Positions 30,369 to 41,400 are shown, numbered from the stretch's first letter. The stretch: 64,000 bases of DNA from Alphaproteobacteria bacterium (GCA_965220745.1 CBDCQT010000012.1:128001-192000), one strand, 5' to 3'. The notes: generated by a model from the letters alone, not told the origin. A program made the numbers and translations.

Positions 30369-31167
30369 GGTGGAGTTCCTCGTCGATGATGTGCTCGAGG
30401 CGGCGGGCGGCGCCCTCGCCCAGATAGACTTCGACCACCGTCTGATCCTTGGTCAGTCCCTCGGCCAATCCCTCATAAATCTTGCTCCCATGATGCATAA
30501 TGACCACGCGGTCGGAGAGCGCCACCAGGAAACGCATGACGTGCTCAATCAGAACGACCGTAAGAGAGCGGCTCTCCCGCATGCGTCGAACAAGATTCAT
30601 CAGGACGTCGATCTCATCGACGTTGAGACCGCCCACCGGCTCGTCGAGAAGGAGCAGGCGCGGCCGCGTCGCCAGTGCGCTCGCGATCATCAGCAGCTTT
30701 CGCTGGAGCACCGGGAGCTCCCGCGCAATCACCATCTCGTAATCGAGTAGTTCGGTGAACTCGAGAACTTCATCGGCAAGCTTCTGCGCTTCCCTGTCGA
30801 AGCGAAGCTTCGGGAAAAAGACGTTCCTGGGCCCGTAGTACGACGCACAAAGGATATTTTCACGAACCGGCAGGGTCTCGAACGCAGCGTTGAGCTGGTA
30901 CGTGCGGGAAAGACCAGCATGGCAAATCTCGACGGGGTTGGACTTCGTTATGTCTTTGCCGTCGAACGCAATGCTCCCTGCGCTTGCCGGATTCAGCCCC
31001 GAAATGACGTCGAACAGTGTCGTCTTGCCGGCGCCGTTGGGCCCGCCAATCCCAAGAACCTCGCCTTGCTGTACATCGAGGCTCAGGTCGTCGACCGCTG
31101 CCATCGCGCCGAAGAACTTGAAGACTCCTCGGCACGACAGCAGCGGTTCGTGGGCCGCTTCATCCAT
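30349..31167 (-). CDS. ABC ATP-binding protein (LivG-like)
   Basis: GPNGAGKTT, LLDEPVGGL, IEHVM. Confidence 0.92.
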   Translation of the reverse strand: MDEAAHEPLLSCRGVFKFFGAMAAVDDLSLDVQQGEVLGIGGPNGAGKTTLFDVISGLNPASAGSIAFDGKDITKSNPVEICHAGLSRTYQLNAAFETLPVRENILCASYYGPRNVFFPKLRFDREAQKLADEVLEFTELLDYEMVIARELPVLQRKLLMIASALATRPRLLLLDEPVGGLNVDEIDVLMNLVRRMRESRSLTVVLIEHVMRFLVALSDRVVIMHHGSKIYEGLAEGLTKDQTVVEVYLGEGAARRLEHIIDEELHHGHDSS

Positions 31168-31217
31168 GGCCGGCCCTATGTCACAAGATACATGGCCCCT
31201 TACCGGGCACTTGTTGG

Positions 31218-32657
31218 TTACGCGCCGATCTGCGGAAGTCCCCCATTATCCTTGAACCAGGACGGAATCATGAAGTTCCCCGTGTTGTAGGGCTCAGGCG
31301 CCACGAGCGCCCGCACAGGGGATACCTCCTGGATCTGGAAGAACAGATGCGGCTGACCGAGAGACGGGTCGTTGGTGTAGTCCGGATAAGGAATGCCCGC
31401 CTGCCACTCAGGATGCATGTTGACGGAGCCGACGACGCTCCGATAGATCAGGTTCTTCAGGCGATAGGCCACCTTCTTGTTCTGCTCGAAGTTCCCGGGC
31501 TCGCCGGATCCACCGGCAAGCGCCGCGGCCATTGCCCAGTGATACATCGACACATAGGTCTCGCAACCGACCAGCGGCGTCGAGTTCTCACCGTACAGCT
31601 CACGGTACTTGTTCTCGAACGTCGTGCCGATTTCGTCCTGCAGCTGCCCGATCACCGTGGCCACCGTAGTCCCAAGCGCGTTCTCCTGTGCGATGTCGGT
31701 GAACACGGCCGAGATTGCGCCAAACTGATAGTAGGTCAGCGAATCGATCGGATCCTGCATGAACTGGTTCTGACACTGCGCAATTTCCTGAGACGGGAAA
31801 TGCGTGTTGGCGAAGGCGGAAGGATCTGCCGCCCGCACCTTGGCCAGCGTCGGGCCCCATTCAGTGGTGGGAGTCTTGACGATCTCGGGACCGTAGGCGA
31901 CCTCCCAACCATACTCGGCTGCTGATTCGTTCATCGCGTTCACGATGACGATGGAATAGGGGGTGGAGCCGGAAACGAGCGCAACCCTGTTGTTGCGCGG
32001 CTTCCACTGCCCCGTATCACGCAGCCAGGAAATGAACTGGATGTAGCCGAGACCGTACCAGTACTCTGCCGGGTCGGTCTGGAAGCAACTGTAATAGCGC
32101 TCCGGATCGCTCATCACTGTGTCGTGGTGATGCAGGAGCGTGTTGTGGTGCAGGTAGAGGACTCCCGCATCCGCAACCGGCTCGTACTCGGCGTTGTTGG
32201 GGCCAATGTTGTAGCCGTTGATAATGGCGTGGACTTCCTTGCTGTCGATCAGCCGGTTGAAGGCGGTGACCACTTCGTCCGCCGACTGGTTCTTGGTGTC
32301 CTCCCAGTGCATCTCGATGGGACGGCCGAGCACGCCGCCGAGCGCGTTGATCTCTTCGACGGCCATCTCGATGCCATTTCTGAACTCAATCGCGTCGTGA
32401 GCGCCCCATCCGGTGAAGGGCAGCGCGCTGCCGACGGGGATCGGATCGCCCTCGGCCTTGCCCTCGTTGAGCTCGGCCAGCGTTGCGCTCGAGGCGACGA
32501 TCGCGCCGGCGCCGCCAATGGCAGCACCCTTAAGAATATCGCGACGGCTGAGGCCCTTCTTGGCGAGCTCCTCGACCGGCGTGTTCATAAGCTGCTTCTC
32601 TTTTGGTGTGCGGTACTTCGCCCACACGTAGTTCGACATTCCGGGGAATAGCTTCAT
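31218..32657 (-). CDS. Tat-exported ABC substrate-binding protein (LivK-type fold)
   Basis: SRRDILK Tat motif; MAVEEINALGGVLGRPIE. Confidence 0.85.
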   Translation of the reverse strand: MKLFPGMSNYVWAKYRTPKEKQLMNTPVEELAKKGLSRRDILKGAAIGGAGAIVASSATLAELNEGKAEGDPIPVGSALPFTGWGAHDAIEFRNGIEMAVEEINALGGVLGRPIEMHWEDTKNQSADEVVTAFNRLIDSKEVHAIINGYNIGPNNAEYEPVADAGVLYLHHNTLLHHHDTVMSDPERYYSCFQTDPAEYWYGLGYIQFISWLRDTGQWKPRNNRVALVSGSTPYSIVIVNAMNESAAEYGWEVAYGPEIVKTPTTEWGPTLAKVRAADPSAFANTHFPSQEIAQCQNQFMQDPIDSLTYYQFGAISAVFTDIAQENALGTTVATVIGQLQDEIGTTFENKYRELYGENSTPLVGCETYVSMYHWAMAAALAGGSGEPGNFEQNKKVAYRLKNLIYRSVVGSVNMHPEWQAGIPYPDYTNDPSLGQPHLFFQIQEVSPVRALVAPEPYNTGNFMIPSWFKDNGGLPQIGA

Positions 32658-32862
32658 CGGGTGACCTCCCTGTTACGAGTTCGTCTCTCCGCGACCGATC
32701 ATCAGCCGCCGCACCAACGCACGCGCCCACTCATCCACCGTGGGTGGGTGCGCATTACGCCACTTCACCAACGACCAAGCAACTCCCGCCCTCTCGGACG
32801 GAAGATGCGGACGCTGTACACCTGCGCCCGCGTACCGCGCCGGCATGGCCCGGACAATGCGT

Positions 32863-35208
32863 CTACTCCGCCGCCTCCGCTGCAGTCGTAGAGCTCTGGA
32901 CCCTCCAGCTGTAGCAATCCCTCATAGCGGGCGCCGGTTTCTTCTCGACCGGGAAGGGCGTAGGATCGAGGAACCGGTCGAGCACGTTTTTGGTCAGACG
33001 CGACACGTTGTTGTCGAAATCGTTGCTGGGCAGACTTCCGACCCACGCCATCGACGACGCCGAGAAGACGGCACCACCGTTGGGCGTCTCAAAGAAGCAG
33101 AGATCGCCCCGCACGAATTCGTTCTCCTGCCCGCCGCATCCAGGAAGATTGAAGAGGATATCCTCGACCACCACGAGGTACGTGTCGGTATGATTTTCAG
33201 ACGACGCGACGCAAAGCGCGTGGGGCGGCGTTCCGAACCCGCGCTCGACCCGGTCGACCTCGAGCCCGGCGGCACCGCCACCGATCAAACCGAAGTCACC
33301 GATCAGCTCGTCGCTGCCGATACCCTCGAACATGAACTTGACGCGCTCGTCGAAGCTGTCGGGATTACGTCGGTAGTAAGTCGAGATATCGAAGCCTTCA
33401 GCCGAGAATCCGACGCCTGCCATGACGTTCGGGCCGAAGCGACCTTGCCGGCGCCATAGGCCGCTATATTCGCAGGTAAAACCGGTGTAGTACTCGCCGC
33501 TCTTGGGCGCCCACGCCCGACTTCCTCCCTCGGACCGCCGAATCTCGATCACGCCTGGCGCGCTGTTGTGGTAAGAGACACGCCAATAGAAGCCGTTACC
33601 GCCAAGATACATGAGCCGCCCACCCTGATGGGTGTAGTCGAAAACGGCGTCGAACATACTCTTCGAATAGTATTCCGGATGCGAGCCGGTCAGCACGGCG
33701 CTGTAGGGCGCGAGCACATCGGTTCCACCGTAGTGAACGTCCTCGTCCGTGATCACGTCAAAGTCGTAGCCCAATTTCTCGAGCCACACGGTCAGGTGTG
33801 TGTCGGCGTTGAACTGCCAGAGCTGCGAGCCGTCACCGCCGAGCATGGTTTGCGCCTTGGGCCGCATGTTGAGCACCGGACGCAGGCGCGAGGAAATGTG
33901 CACGCCGCTGCCATCGGAGTGACGGTCGTAGAGCGAGTGCCCGTACTCGCGATGCTCGTTCAGGAAGATATGGTGCTTATCGAGCTCGACCGCGCGATGG
34001 GTCATGATCTCCGCAGGCCACGGGTCGGTCGCGAAATGCTCATTCGCGTAGGCCTTGTAGCTGGTAATCGGGAACAGGAAGCAGACTTTCTTTTCCTTGC
34101 CTTGTGCCGGCCTGACCACGAAGGGGATGTACTCCTCGTCATCCCGAGCCTCGCCCGCAATCAGGTGCGCCGCGTAGATCCCGCTCTTCATCGAATCGGG
34201 AATGGTCAACTCGAAATCGACATCCCACCCCGAATCGTAGACGTCGTCATCGTGAAACTTGATCGCGCCATACTGATCCGGCGCGTGCTTCCAGCGCAAT
34301 TCCTCGCCGGTCCAGTTGTAGCCGGTGACGCCACGGGTCGGCATATGCACGATTTTCCCGTGAAGCCGGTGGCTGGAGGCATCGGTGATCGTGGTCTCCG
34401 AGATGTCGAGTGAGAAATCCCAGCTCCCGATTACACGTTGCGCGAGTGTCGTCGGTGCATTGCCGGCCAATATCTGCGCACTCTCCCCCGGGCTTAGCAC
34501 GCCCGAAACGATTGACGGGCTGTCGAGCTTGCCGTTGAAGTGGCACTTGCCGATTGCCGCGTCACCGCGCGGAGTGTCGCCGCCGTAACACGCGGCCATC
34601 ATGAGTGGCGCCTTGTTCCGCGCAGGTCTGACAGAGACGGCCTGCTCCGCCGCACCGGCGTCATCGATGGTCGGGTACTCGACCTGCGGCTCTTGCCGCA
34701 CGGTGATCGTGCCGGAGTCGGCATCGAAAGTCGCGGCGGCGAGATACCACTCGTACTCCACCATCGGCTTGCCGATCGAGACCGAGGCGACGCCACCGTC
34801 GCCGTCCCCCACCATGAGGGCCACGCCGCCCGATTCGTCGATCACTAGGGCGAAACCGCTGCTGTCCGCAGTCGACCATTTCGAGACCAGCGCCTGAAGC
34901 CCTTTGCGGGGCGTCGTCGGCCACACCATGACCTGGACCGAGAAGCTTCCCAGAGTCTCAAGTGGAGCCGAACTCGGGACCATCGCATAGGAGCCGGCGT
35001 AAATCTCCTGCTTGCGCCCCGGATAGGTGCCGTTCGCCGGGGTGTCAATGACCTCTTCTATGACCCCGGGCCCCTCCGGATTCAGATCACCCGACACCAC
35101 GCGAACGATCTTGGCTTGGTATTGCGGATGCTCGCAGTTCACCATGAACTTGATCGAGTCCCCCGGCGCGACACTGATCTGATCGCTATAGCCAGTGATC
35201 TTGAGCAT
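32863..35208 (-). CDS. dmfA2: N,N-dimethylformamidase-family large subunit
   Basis: N-terminal LamG-like region; YKAYANEH, SLYDRHSDGSG, GSHPEYYS, LGGNGFYW, AGLEVDR. Confidence 0.88.
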   Translation of the reverse strand: MLKITGYSDQISVAPGDSIKFMVNCEHPQYQAKIVRVVSGDLNPEGPGVIEEVIDTPANGTYPGRKQEIYAGSYAMVPSSAPLETLGSFSVQVMVWPTTPRKGLQALVSKWSTADSSGFALVIDESGGVALMVGDGDGGVASVSIGKPMVEYEWYLAAATFDADSGTITVRQEPQVEYPTIDDAGAAEQAVSVRPARNKAPLMMAACYGGDTPRGDAAIGKCHFNGKLDSPSIVSGVLSPGESAQILAGNAPTTLAQRVIGSWDFSLDISETTITDASSHRLHGKIVHMPTRGVTGYNWTGEELRWKHAPDQYGAIKFHDDDVYDSGWDVDFELTIPDSMKSGIYAAHLIAGEARDDEEYIPFVVRPAQGKEKKVCFLFPITSYKAYANEHFATDPWPAEIMTHRAVELDKHHIFLNEHREYGHSLYDRHSDGSGVHISSRLRPVLNMRPKAQTMLGGDGSQLWQFNADTHLTVWLEKLGYDFDVITDEDVHYGGTDVLAPYSAVLTGSHPEYYSKSMFDAVFDYTHQGGRLMYLGGNGFYWRVSYHNSAPGVIEIRRSEGGSRAWAPKSGEYYTGFTCEYSGLWRRQGRFGPNVMAGVGFSAEGFDISTYYRRNPDSFDERVKFMFEGIGSDELIGDFGLIGGGAAGLEVDRVERGFGTPPHALCVASSENHTDTYLVVVEDILFNLPGCGGQENEFVRGDLCFFETPNGGAVFSASSMAWVGSLPSNDFDNNVSRLTKNVLDRFLDPTPFPVEKKPAPAMRDCYSWRVQSSTTAAEAAE

Positions 35209-35324
35209 TGCGTCTTTACTCCCTGGTGTGTCCTCTTGGAATCTCAATCGAACCGGTCACCCACCCACGCCGGCGAAGGCCAGGGCGGCTGCCGTGCGGT
35301 AGCGCTCTACCCTGCGCTGAGATG

Positions 35325-35624
35325 CTAGTCCAAGGTTTCTCCGGTGTGACGGTGCCAGCGGAGCTTAAAGATCTCCCACTCGCCCTCTTCCCTGCTCGAT
35401 ACCCGTATGTTGTGGTACTTGAGCGGTTTGCCTCGGCCTTGCATCTCCGCCACAACCCATTCCTGGTGAGGTCGATCGATCACAAGGCAATACTTCCCCT
35501 CAATGGCCTCACCACGCATCCTGTTCAGCAGGCGGATGACTTCCGGCGGCTGAATTCCCACCGGCTGATTCCTGATGTGGTCGATCCACTTCCGATCCTG
35601 TTCGCCAATTTGATATCGCGTCAT
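35325..35624 (-). CDS. dmfA1: N,N-dimethylformamidase-family small subunit
   Basis: RLLNRMR..GKYCL..EW..GRG..EGEWEIFKLRW; directly upstream of the large subunit. Confidence 0.65.
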   Translation of the reverse strand: MTRYQIGEQDRKWIDHIRNQPVGIQPPEVIRLLNRMRGEAIEGKYCLVIDRPHQEWVVAEMQGRGKPLKYHNIRVSSREEGEWEIFKLRWHRHTGETLD

Positions 35625-36049
35625 GGTGGTCACGGCGGAGGTCTCCCTGGGTTCCACTCACCTAGAGCACGCAGGAAATGTATCATGGACGCGCGGCGCA
35701 GGTCACCAGCATCATTGGTGCTGCGCCGGGTCTTGGTAGGGAGCGATTGCACCAAGCGCGTTTGCAGTTGAAGACGCCGCACGCCGCGCATTCAGTGGCC
35801 ATCTATCGAACGGCTGGCGGGCCAAACGGAATAAATGTATTGTCGGCTGCGATAGGCATGGCGGTTTCGGTACGAGGGAAGAATCGCGCTTCGATAAGAA
35901 GTTTTGTCTCTGCGTCAGCGGATTGCGCTATGCCTGCCGTACCACATTTGGGCCTGCTGCGAGGGCTCCAAACGAAGGAGATACGCTCGGCGCTCCGAAA
36001 GCAGCGGGACTAAACGGGAGCCCTACCAACCAATCATGAGAGATGCGCC

Positions 36050-36496
36050 ATGAAGCAAATCAGCTACGTAATCCAATTTCGCGGCACTGCAGGCCCCAAA
36101 GAAGGGGAGGAAGGGGTACTCCGGGCAAGAACCACCGGGGCGTCCGCCTCTATCACGACGAACATCAACGACAGCGGCGTCGACGCCGCGATCGAATCCA
36201 TCGCGGGCAACGATGCGTCCTTCGAGTCGGATGTCTTCCCGAATGAGGACGGTTCCTTCACGGAGTCGGGGGTCATCAACTTTGGAGGCGGCAACGGCTT
36301 CACCTTCAGCACACGCGGCAAGGGCGCGATGGGGCCGAGCGCAGACGAGAACTTGACCCACGGCGGAATCTGCTGGCAGGTCGATGCCGGCACCGGCATC
36401 TTCAATGGCGCCACCGGGATCATCACCTCGAATTTTACGGTGAGCGGCGCCGGCGAAGTCGTCGACAATCAGTGGGGCGTTATCTTCCTGAAGTAG
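36050..36496 (+). CDS. Hypothetical beta-rich protein, possibly allene-oxide-cyclase/dirigent-like barrel
   Basis: C-terminal VDAGTGIFNGATG motif. Confidence 0.55.
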   Translation: MKQISYVIQFRGTAGPKEGEEGVLRARTTGASASITTNINDSGVDAAIESIAGNDASFESDVFPNEDGSFTESGVINFGGGNGFTFSTRGKGAMGPSADENLTHGGICWQVDAGTGIFNGATGIITSNFTVSGAGEVVDNQWGVIFLK

Positions 36497-36678
36497 TGCC
36501 TGAAACGGAGTGGGTGGCGGCTCTGTTGTGCGACTCGCCGAAGCGAGATTGAAGCACTAGTCGCCCTCACCCCCGCCCTTGCCGTGACCGCGGAAATCAA
36601 CTGAATCGGCCGCCAGGATAGGACAGGGTCTGTTTGCTCTCCATGACCAGACTGAGGACGCGGCAATGCAATTCTTCG

Positions 36679-38766
36679 CTAGCCGCTCGGGATAATCAAG
36701 GCATCGAGCGCGAGAGCGCCTTGGCCCTTCGGCAGGACGAGAAACGGATTGATGTCGATACTCTCGATCCGGTCGGCATATTCATGAGCGAATGCCGATA
36801 GTCGCGAGAGCGCTTCGGCGAGTGCATCGACATCTGACGGCTCCGCGCCGTGAGCGCCATCAAGCAGCGGGAAGCCCTTGACCTCGCGTAGCATCTCATG
36901 CGCCTCCTCGACGCCGAACGGCGCCAGACGTTGAGTCACATCGCCCAATAATTCAACGAATATGCCACCGAGCCCGAAGAGGACGACTGGCCCAAACACC
37001 GGGTCGCGCTTAACTCCAAGGATGGTTTCGACGCCGCCCGATATCATTGGCGCCACGACGACTCCATCGACTTTGGCGTCCGGTCGCGCCATCTTCGCGA
37101 GCTCAATCAGGGTGTCGTAGGCCTCCCGCGCCGCAGCTTCATCAGGGACATCGAGAAGCACGCCCCCGATTTCCGATCTGTGCGGAATGTTGGCAGAGGC
37201 GAGTTTCATCGCGACCGGAAAGCCGATTTCGGCTGCCCAAATCCCGGCCTCACCTGCCGACGTAGCCAAACATTCGTCAACCACGGGAATACCGGCCCCA
37301 GCAAGGATATGCATTGCCTCGACTTCGTTCGGCATCTCAGCCGGAAGATCGACTGGTACAGGGAGCGATGATGGCGCCGGCTGGTCCGCCTTCGCATACC
37401 TCTGCCCGAATTGAATTAAGGCCGCGGCCGCCCTGACGGCACGTGTCGGCTCTGGAATGACGAGATAGTTCAGGCCGTCAAATACCTGCCATGCTTCTTC
37501 GTCCATGGTAACCGAAATGATGATCGCTGCCGCCGGATACCTTTCGCGTATTCGGATCAGCCCCGTTCTGCGCAGGAATTCGATCGACGTCATGCCAGCG
37601 AAATACACGATGATCACATCATACTCGCCCTCTTCGATCATGACGTTGAGGCAGTGCTCAACAATTTCAGGCTGATTCACGGCTTGGCCGGTGATATCTA
37701 CCGGATTGCGAGTCCCCGCAAACGGAATGACGTCCTTGATTTTCGCTTGTGCTGCCACCGACAGACGGGCGACGTCGAGGCCAAGACTAACCGCATGATC
37801 GGACATAAGAATACCAACACCGCCCGAGATCGTGACAAAACCAATACGGTTTCCGGCCGGGAACAGACCGCCGGTGCAGGCATAACCGATGTCGAAAAAC
37901 TCATCCATCGTGTGGGCACGGTAGGCGTTGAATTTCTTGAGGACGGTATCGACCACGCTATCCGAACCGGCGAGTGAATCGGTGTGCGATAAGGCGGCTT
38001 CGGCGCCAACATCAGAACTGCCGACTTTCATCGCAACAACAGGTTTTTGCGCCTTCTTCGCTGCTTCCAAGCCCGCCATGAGTTTCGCGCCATCGCGGCT
38101 TGCCTCGAAATACATCAAGATCACTCTGGTTTCGGAATCACCGACATAGTAGTCTAGGCAGTCAGCGACGTTCACATCCGACTCGTTTCCCGTGGTCGCC
38201 CAAAGCCTGACGCCAAGGTGTCGTTGGCGTGCCTCCGCGTAGGTGACGCTGCCATAAGCCCCACTTTGACTGACAACGCTGACAGGCCCCAACTTCGGCG
38301 GCAGATTCATCATCGATACGCCAAAGGTGATGATCATATTGTGATCGAAGGCGGCGATGCCCATGCAGTTCGGGCCGACGATCCGCATTCCCGCATCGTC
38401 TGCAATCCGCCGCATATCGCTCTGCGTCTTGCGACCTTCATCGCCGGTTTCGGCAAACCCTGAACTGAATATGACGACTGCCTTGACGCCTTTTTCTGCG
38501 CATTCGCAGATCGCCGGCAACACGGCAGTTGCGGGCAGGACAATTAACGCCAAATCTACTTCGTTCTCGACGTCGAGGATCGACTTGTAGGCCCTCAAAC
38601 CTTGAACTTCTAAACGGTTCGGATTGATCGGATAAATGGGGCCATCAAACTCATAGTGTTTGAGGTATCTGAGTGGTCGACCCCCGATCTTGTTCTCGTC
38701 TGAGGAAGCTCCCAAGATCGCCACCGATCTCGGCCGAAACACCGCCTCCAAGGAAGCCCGGCTCAC
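36679..38766 (-). CDS. ADP-forming acyl-CoA ligase (acetate-CoA ligase family)
   Basis: PRSVAILGAS, GPNCMG, SQSG, SHT, NPVD, C-terminal ATP-grasp with DINP. Confidence 0.9.
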   Translation of the reverse strand: MSRASLEAVFRPRSVAILGASSDENKIGGRPLRYLKHYEFDGPIYPINPNRLEVQGLRAYKSILDVENEVDLALIVLPATAVLPAICECAEKGVKAVVIFSSGFAETGDEGRKTQSDMRRIADDAGMRIVGPNCMGIAAFDHNMIITFGVSMMNLPPKLGPVSVVSQSGAYGSVTYAEARQRHLGVRLWATTGNESDVNVADCLDYYVGDSETRVILMYFEASRDGAKLMAGLEAAKKAQKPVVAMKVGSSDVGAEAALSHTDSLAGSDSVVDTVLKKFNAYRAHTMDEFFDIGYACTGGLFPAGNRIGFVTISGGVGILMSDHAVSLGLDVARLSVAAQAKIKDVIPFAGTRNPVDITGQAVNQPEIVEHCLNVMIEEGEYDVIIVYFAGMTSIEFLRRTGLIRIRERYPAAAIIISVTMDEEAWQVFDGLNYLVIPEPTRAVRAAAALIQFGQRYAKADQPAPSSLPVPVDLPAEMPNEVEAMHILAGAGIPVVDECLATSAGEAGIWAAEIGFPVAMKLASANIPHRSEIGGVLLDVPDEAAAREAYDTLIELAKMARPDAKVDGVVVAPMISGGVETILGVKRDPVFGPVVLFGLGGIFVELLGDVTQRLAPFGVEEAHEMLREVKGFPLLDGAHGAEPSDVDALAEALSRLSAFAHEYADRIESIDINPFLVLPKGQGALALDALIIPSG

Positions 38767-38886
38767 TGCCCACCCCGCGCATAGAGCCAACCTCCACACA
38801 AGGGTCGGCGCCCACCATTTGCTGCGACACCCTCTTTTCGTACGACGAGCATTCGCGCCATTCGTGTTTGATCTCGACGATCCACT

Positions 38887-40431
38887 TTAAGGACGCACCG
38901 GGAAACTCGTTGGGCCCTTCAGGTGCGGGAGCAGCGGCTGAACGCGGGCGATCCAGTCGCAGAGCACCGGGCGGGTTTCGCGCGGATCGATGAGGTCGTG
39001 GAAGGAAAAACTCTCCGCGCGAGGCACCGGCGACTGCCGCGCCAGCATCTCCTCTTCAAGCCGTTCGCGCTCGGCAATGGGGTCGTCAGCCTTGGCGATC
39101 TGACGGCCGAAGGCAACCGCCACGCCGCCCTCGACCGGGATTGCGCCAATTTTGGCTGAGGGCCAGGCGACGACGAAGCCGTCCGGGCCGAAATGCGCGG
39201 CCTCGGCAACGCCATGCGCCGTGCGCACGATCACCGACGCCCAGGGCACCACCGAGCTCGCCGCCGCGAGCACGGCGGCCGTGCCGAAACGGATCGTGCC
39301 GGCCTTTTCTGCTTCTGTGCCGATCATGAAGCCGGGCTCGTCGACCAGGCTTACGATGGGCAGGTGGAAGGTGTCGCAGAGCTCGATGAAGCGGCGCGTC
39401 TTCTGGGAGCCCGCCGCGGTCATGGCCCCGGCCAGGTGCCAGCAGTCGTTGGCGAGCACGCCGACCGGCTGGCCCGCGAGCCGGGCGAGGCCGGTGATCG
39501 TGCCTTGCCCGTAGAGGCGCCCGATCTCGAAGAACGAGCCCTCGTCCAGCACCAGCGCGATCACGCGCCGCATGTCATAGAGTTTGCGCCGGTTGCGCGG
39601 CACGATTTCGATCAGCTCCTCGGCGCGGCGAGCCGCTGGATCGTCGGCCGCCGTGCAGGGCGGGAGCTCCCAGACGTTCGGCGGCAAATAGCTGAGAAAG
39701 CGACGGATCTCGGCGAAGGCCGCGGGCTCGTCGGCGACCAGATTATCGACGACGCCGTTCCTAGCGTGCACCTCCGCGCCGCCGAGCGCCTCCTTGCTCG
39801 GGCGCCGGCCGAGCGCGCGCTCAACCACGGCGGGGCCCGCGACCAGAACCTGCGACGCCTCGGTCATCACCGAGAAGTGCGAGGCCACCAGGCGCGCCGC
39901 TGGCAGGCCCGCGACCGCGCCGAGCGCGGCCGAGGCGACAGGCACCGTGGCCATCGCCCTGGCCACGGAGGCGAAGCGCGGCGCGGCGTTGACCGGCGTG
40001 CCCACCGTCTTCGAGCCGGAGCCCGCGACGCTGCCGCCTGCGCCCTGATGCAGCCGCACCAGGGGCACGCGGTAGGTGCAGGCGAGCTCCTCCGCATAGA
40101 CACTCTTGCGCAGGCCGGCCTCGTTGGGCGAGCCGCCCCGGAGCGTGAAGTCCTCGCCGCCGATGACGCAGCGGCGCCCGTCCACCGTGCCGAAGCCGAG
40201 CACGAAGTTGGCCGGCGAGAAGTCTGTGAGCCGCCCTTCCTCGTCGCGGGTGGCATCGCCTGAGGCGCCGCCAAGCTCCTGAAACGAGCCACCGCCGAGC
40301 ATGGCGTCGATCCGCTCGCGGATCGTGAGCAGACCCTTGGCGTGCTGACGGGCGACGCCCTCCTCCCCGCCCTGGGCTTGCGCGAGCGCCCGCTTGCGCG
40401 CGAGCTCGTCGACCTCCCTCTCCCAGCTCAT
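38887..40431 (-). CDS. Acyl-CoA carboxylase carboxyltransferase subunit
   Basis: DFTLRGGS, AGPAVV, LGGAEVH, LVDEPGFMIG, IDPRETR. Confidence 0.9.
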   Translation of the reverse strand: MSWEREVDELARKRALAQAQGGEEGVARQHAKGLLTIRERIDAMLGGGSFQELGGASGDATRDEEGRLTDFSPANFVLGFGTVDGRRCVIGGEDFTLRGGSPNEAGLRKSVYAEELACTYRVPLVRLHQGAGGSVAGSGSKTVGTPVNAAPRFASVARAMATVPVASAALGAVAGLPAARLVASHFSVMTEASQVLVAGPAVVERALGRRPSKEALGGAEVHARNGVVDNLVADEPAAFAEIRRFLSYLPPNVWELPPCTAADDPAARRAEELIEIVPRNRRKLYDMRRVIALVLDEGSFFEIGRLYGQGTITGLARLAGQPVGVLANDCWHLAGAMTAAGSQKTRRFIELCDTFHLPIVSLVDEPGFMIGTEAEKAGTIRFGTAAVLAAASSVVPWASVIVRTAHGVAEAAHFGPDGFVVAWPSAKIGAIPVEGGVAVAFGRQIAKADDPIAERERLEEEMLARQSPVPRAESFSFHDLIDPRETRPVLCDWIARVQPLLPHLKGPTSFPVRP

Positions 40432-40450
40432 GCGGGGCTTACGAGGGCCT

Positions 40451-40482
40451 CACCCGACGACGCTGTTTGTCGTCGTCGGGTG
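40451..40482. other. 12-bp perfect stem-loop just upstream of the carboxyltransferase gene
   Basis: CACCCGACGACG-ctgtttgt-CGTCGTCGGGTG; function unknown. Confidence 0.5.
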
Positions 40483-40783
40483 TTAACGGCACTCGTCCTC
40501 TCCTCGTTGTGCCGTATTGTGGGTGTCCGTGGGCTCCCTGAAGCGATCCTGACACACGACGAACGCGTGCGTCTTTGTCGGTGCCTCGCCCAGCGGCAAG
40601 CGATCGCCGGGATCACTCAGCTGCATTCACTCCCCCTGCGTAACCGCTAGTGTCATTGGCGAACAAGCTGCAGAGGCTGCGCCCACCACTTATCCTTGCC
40701 AGGTACTCAAACGGCGGCACGCAGTCATGAATGTCTCAAAGGCTGAACAGACGCGGTGCTGCCCGAAATACCTTGCCTCAGGC

Positions 40784-41257
40784 TCAGCCCGAAGGGCCTT
40801 TTCCTTCCATAACGGGGCCCCGGTTGAAGGGTTCGCTGCCGTCGTGCATCCAGCCGTGATACCGGGGTAGTTCGTCTACAGTATCGAACCACTCGATCCG
40901 CTCGTCCGTCCAAATGTGAAATTGCGGAACCAAGGCGTCGGGGTCGTCCGTCGTGCTGATGAAAACCTCGATCAGGTCCCCGCCGAGTTCCTCTACGTAC
41001 CCCTCCCACGTGAGCGGAGTCCCACACTTGCCGCAAAAGCCACGCCTGATACCCGGCGATGACTCATAGATATTCCGCTCTTCGCCCGTCCAGGTGATCT
41101 CGCTCTTGAGATAACCTACGAGCGCAGCCACCACGGCGCCTGTGTGGCTCCTGCATGACTTGCAGTGGCAATAGACGACGGCGTGCGCTTCAGGGGCTTC
41201 ATAGCGAACCGCGCCGCACATGCAGCCTCCGGTAACCTTGTCAGGACCACTCCCCAT
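40784..41257 (-). CDS. GFA/CENP-V family protein
   Basis: GGCMCGAVRY, CHCKSCR, FCGKCGTPL; AGGAGG RBS. Confidence 0.9.
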   Translation of the reverse strand: MGSGPDKVTGGCMCGAVRYEAPEAHAVVYCHCKSCRSHTGAVVAALVGYLKSEITWTGEERNIYESSPGIRRGFCGKCGTPLTWEGYVEELGGDLIEVFISTTDDPDALVPQFHIWTDERIEWFDTVDELPRYHGWMHDGSEPFNRGPVMEGKGPSG

Positions 41258-41400
41258 AGCAACCTCCTCCTGTGGGCTTGAAGGTTCCGAATTGGCCTTG
41301 AGAAGCCTCCAAGTGCAACTTATCGACCCGGTGGCCCGCAGCTTACCAAACACAACCGTTGATGTCGTCGCTGTCATTCGAATGAGCTTGCCTCCCGCAG

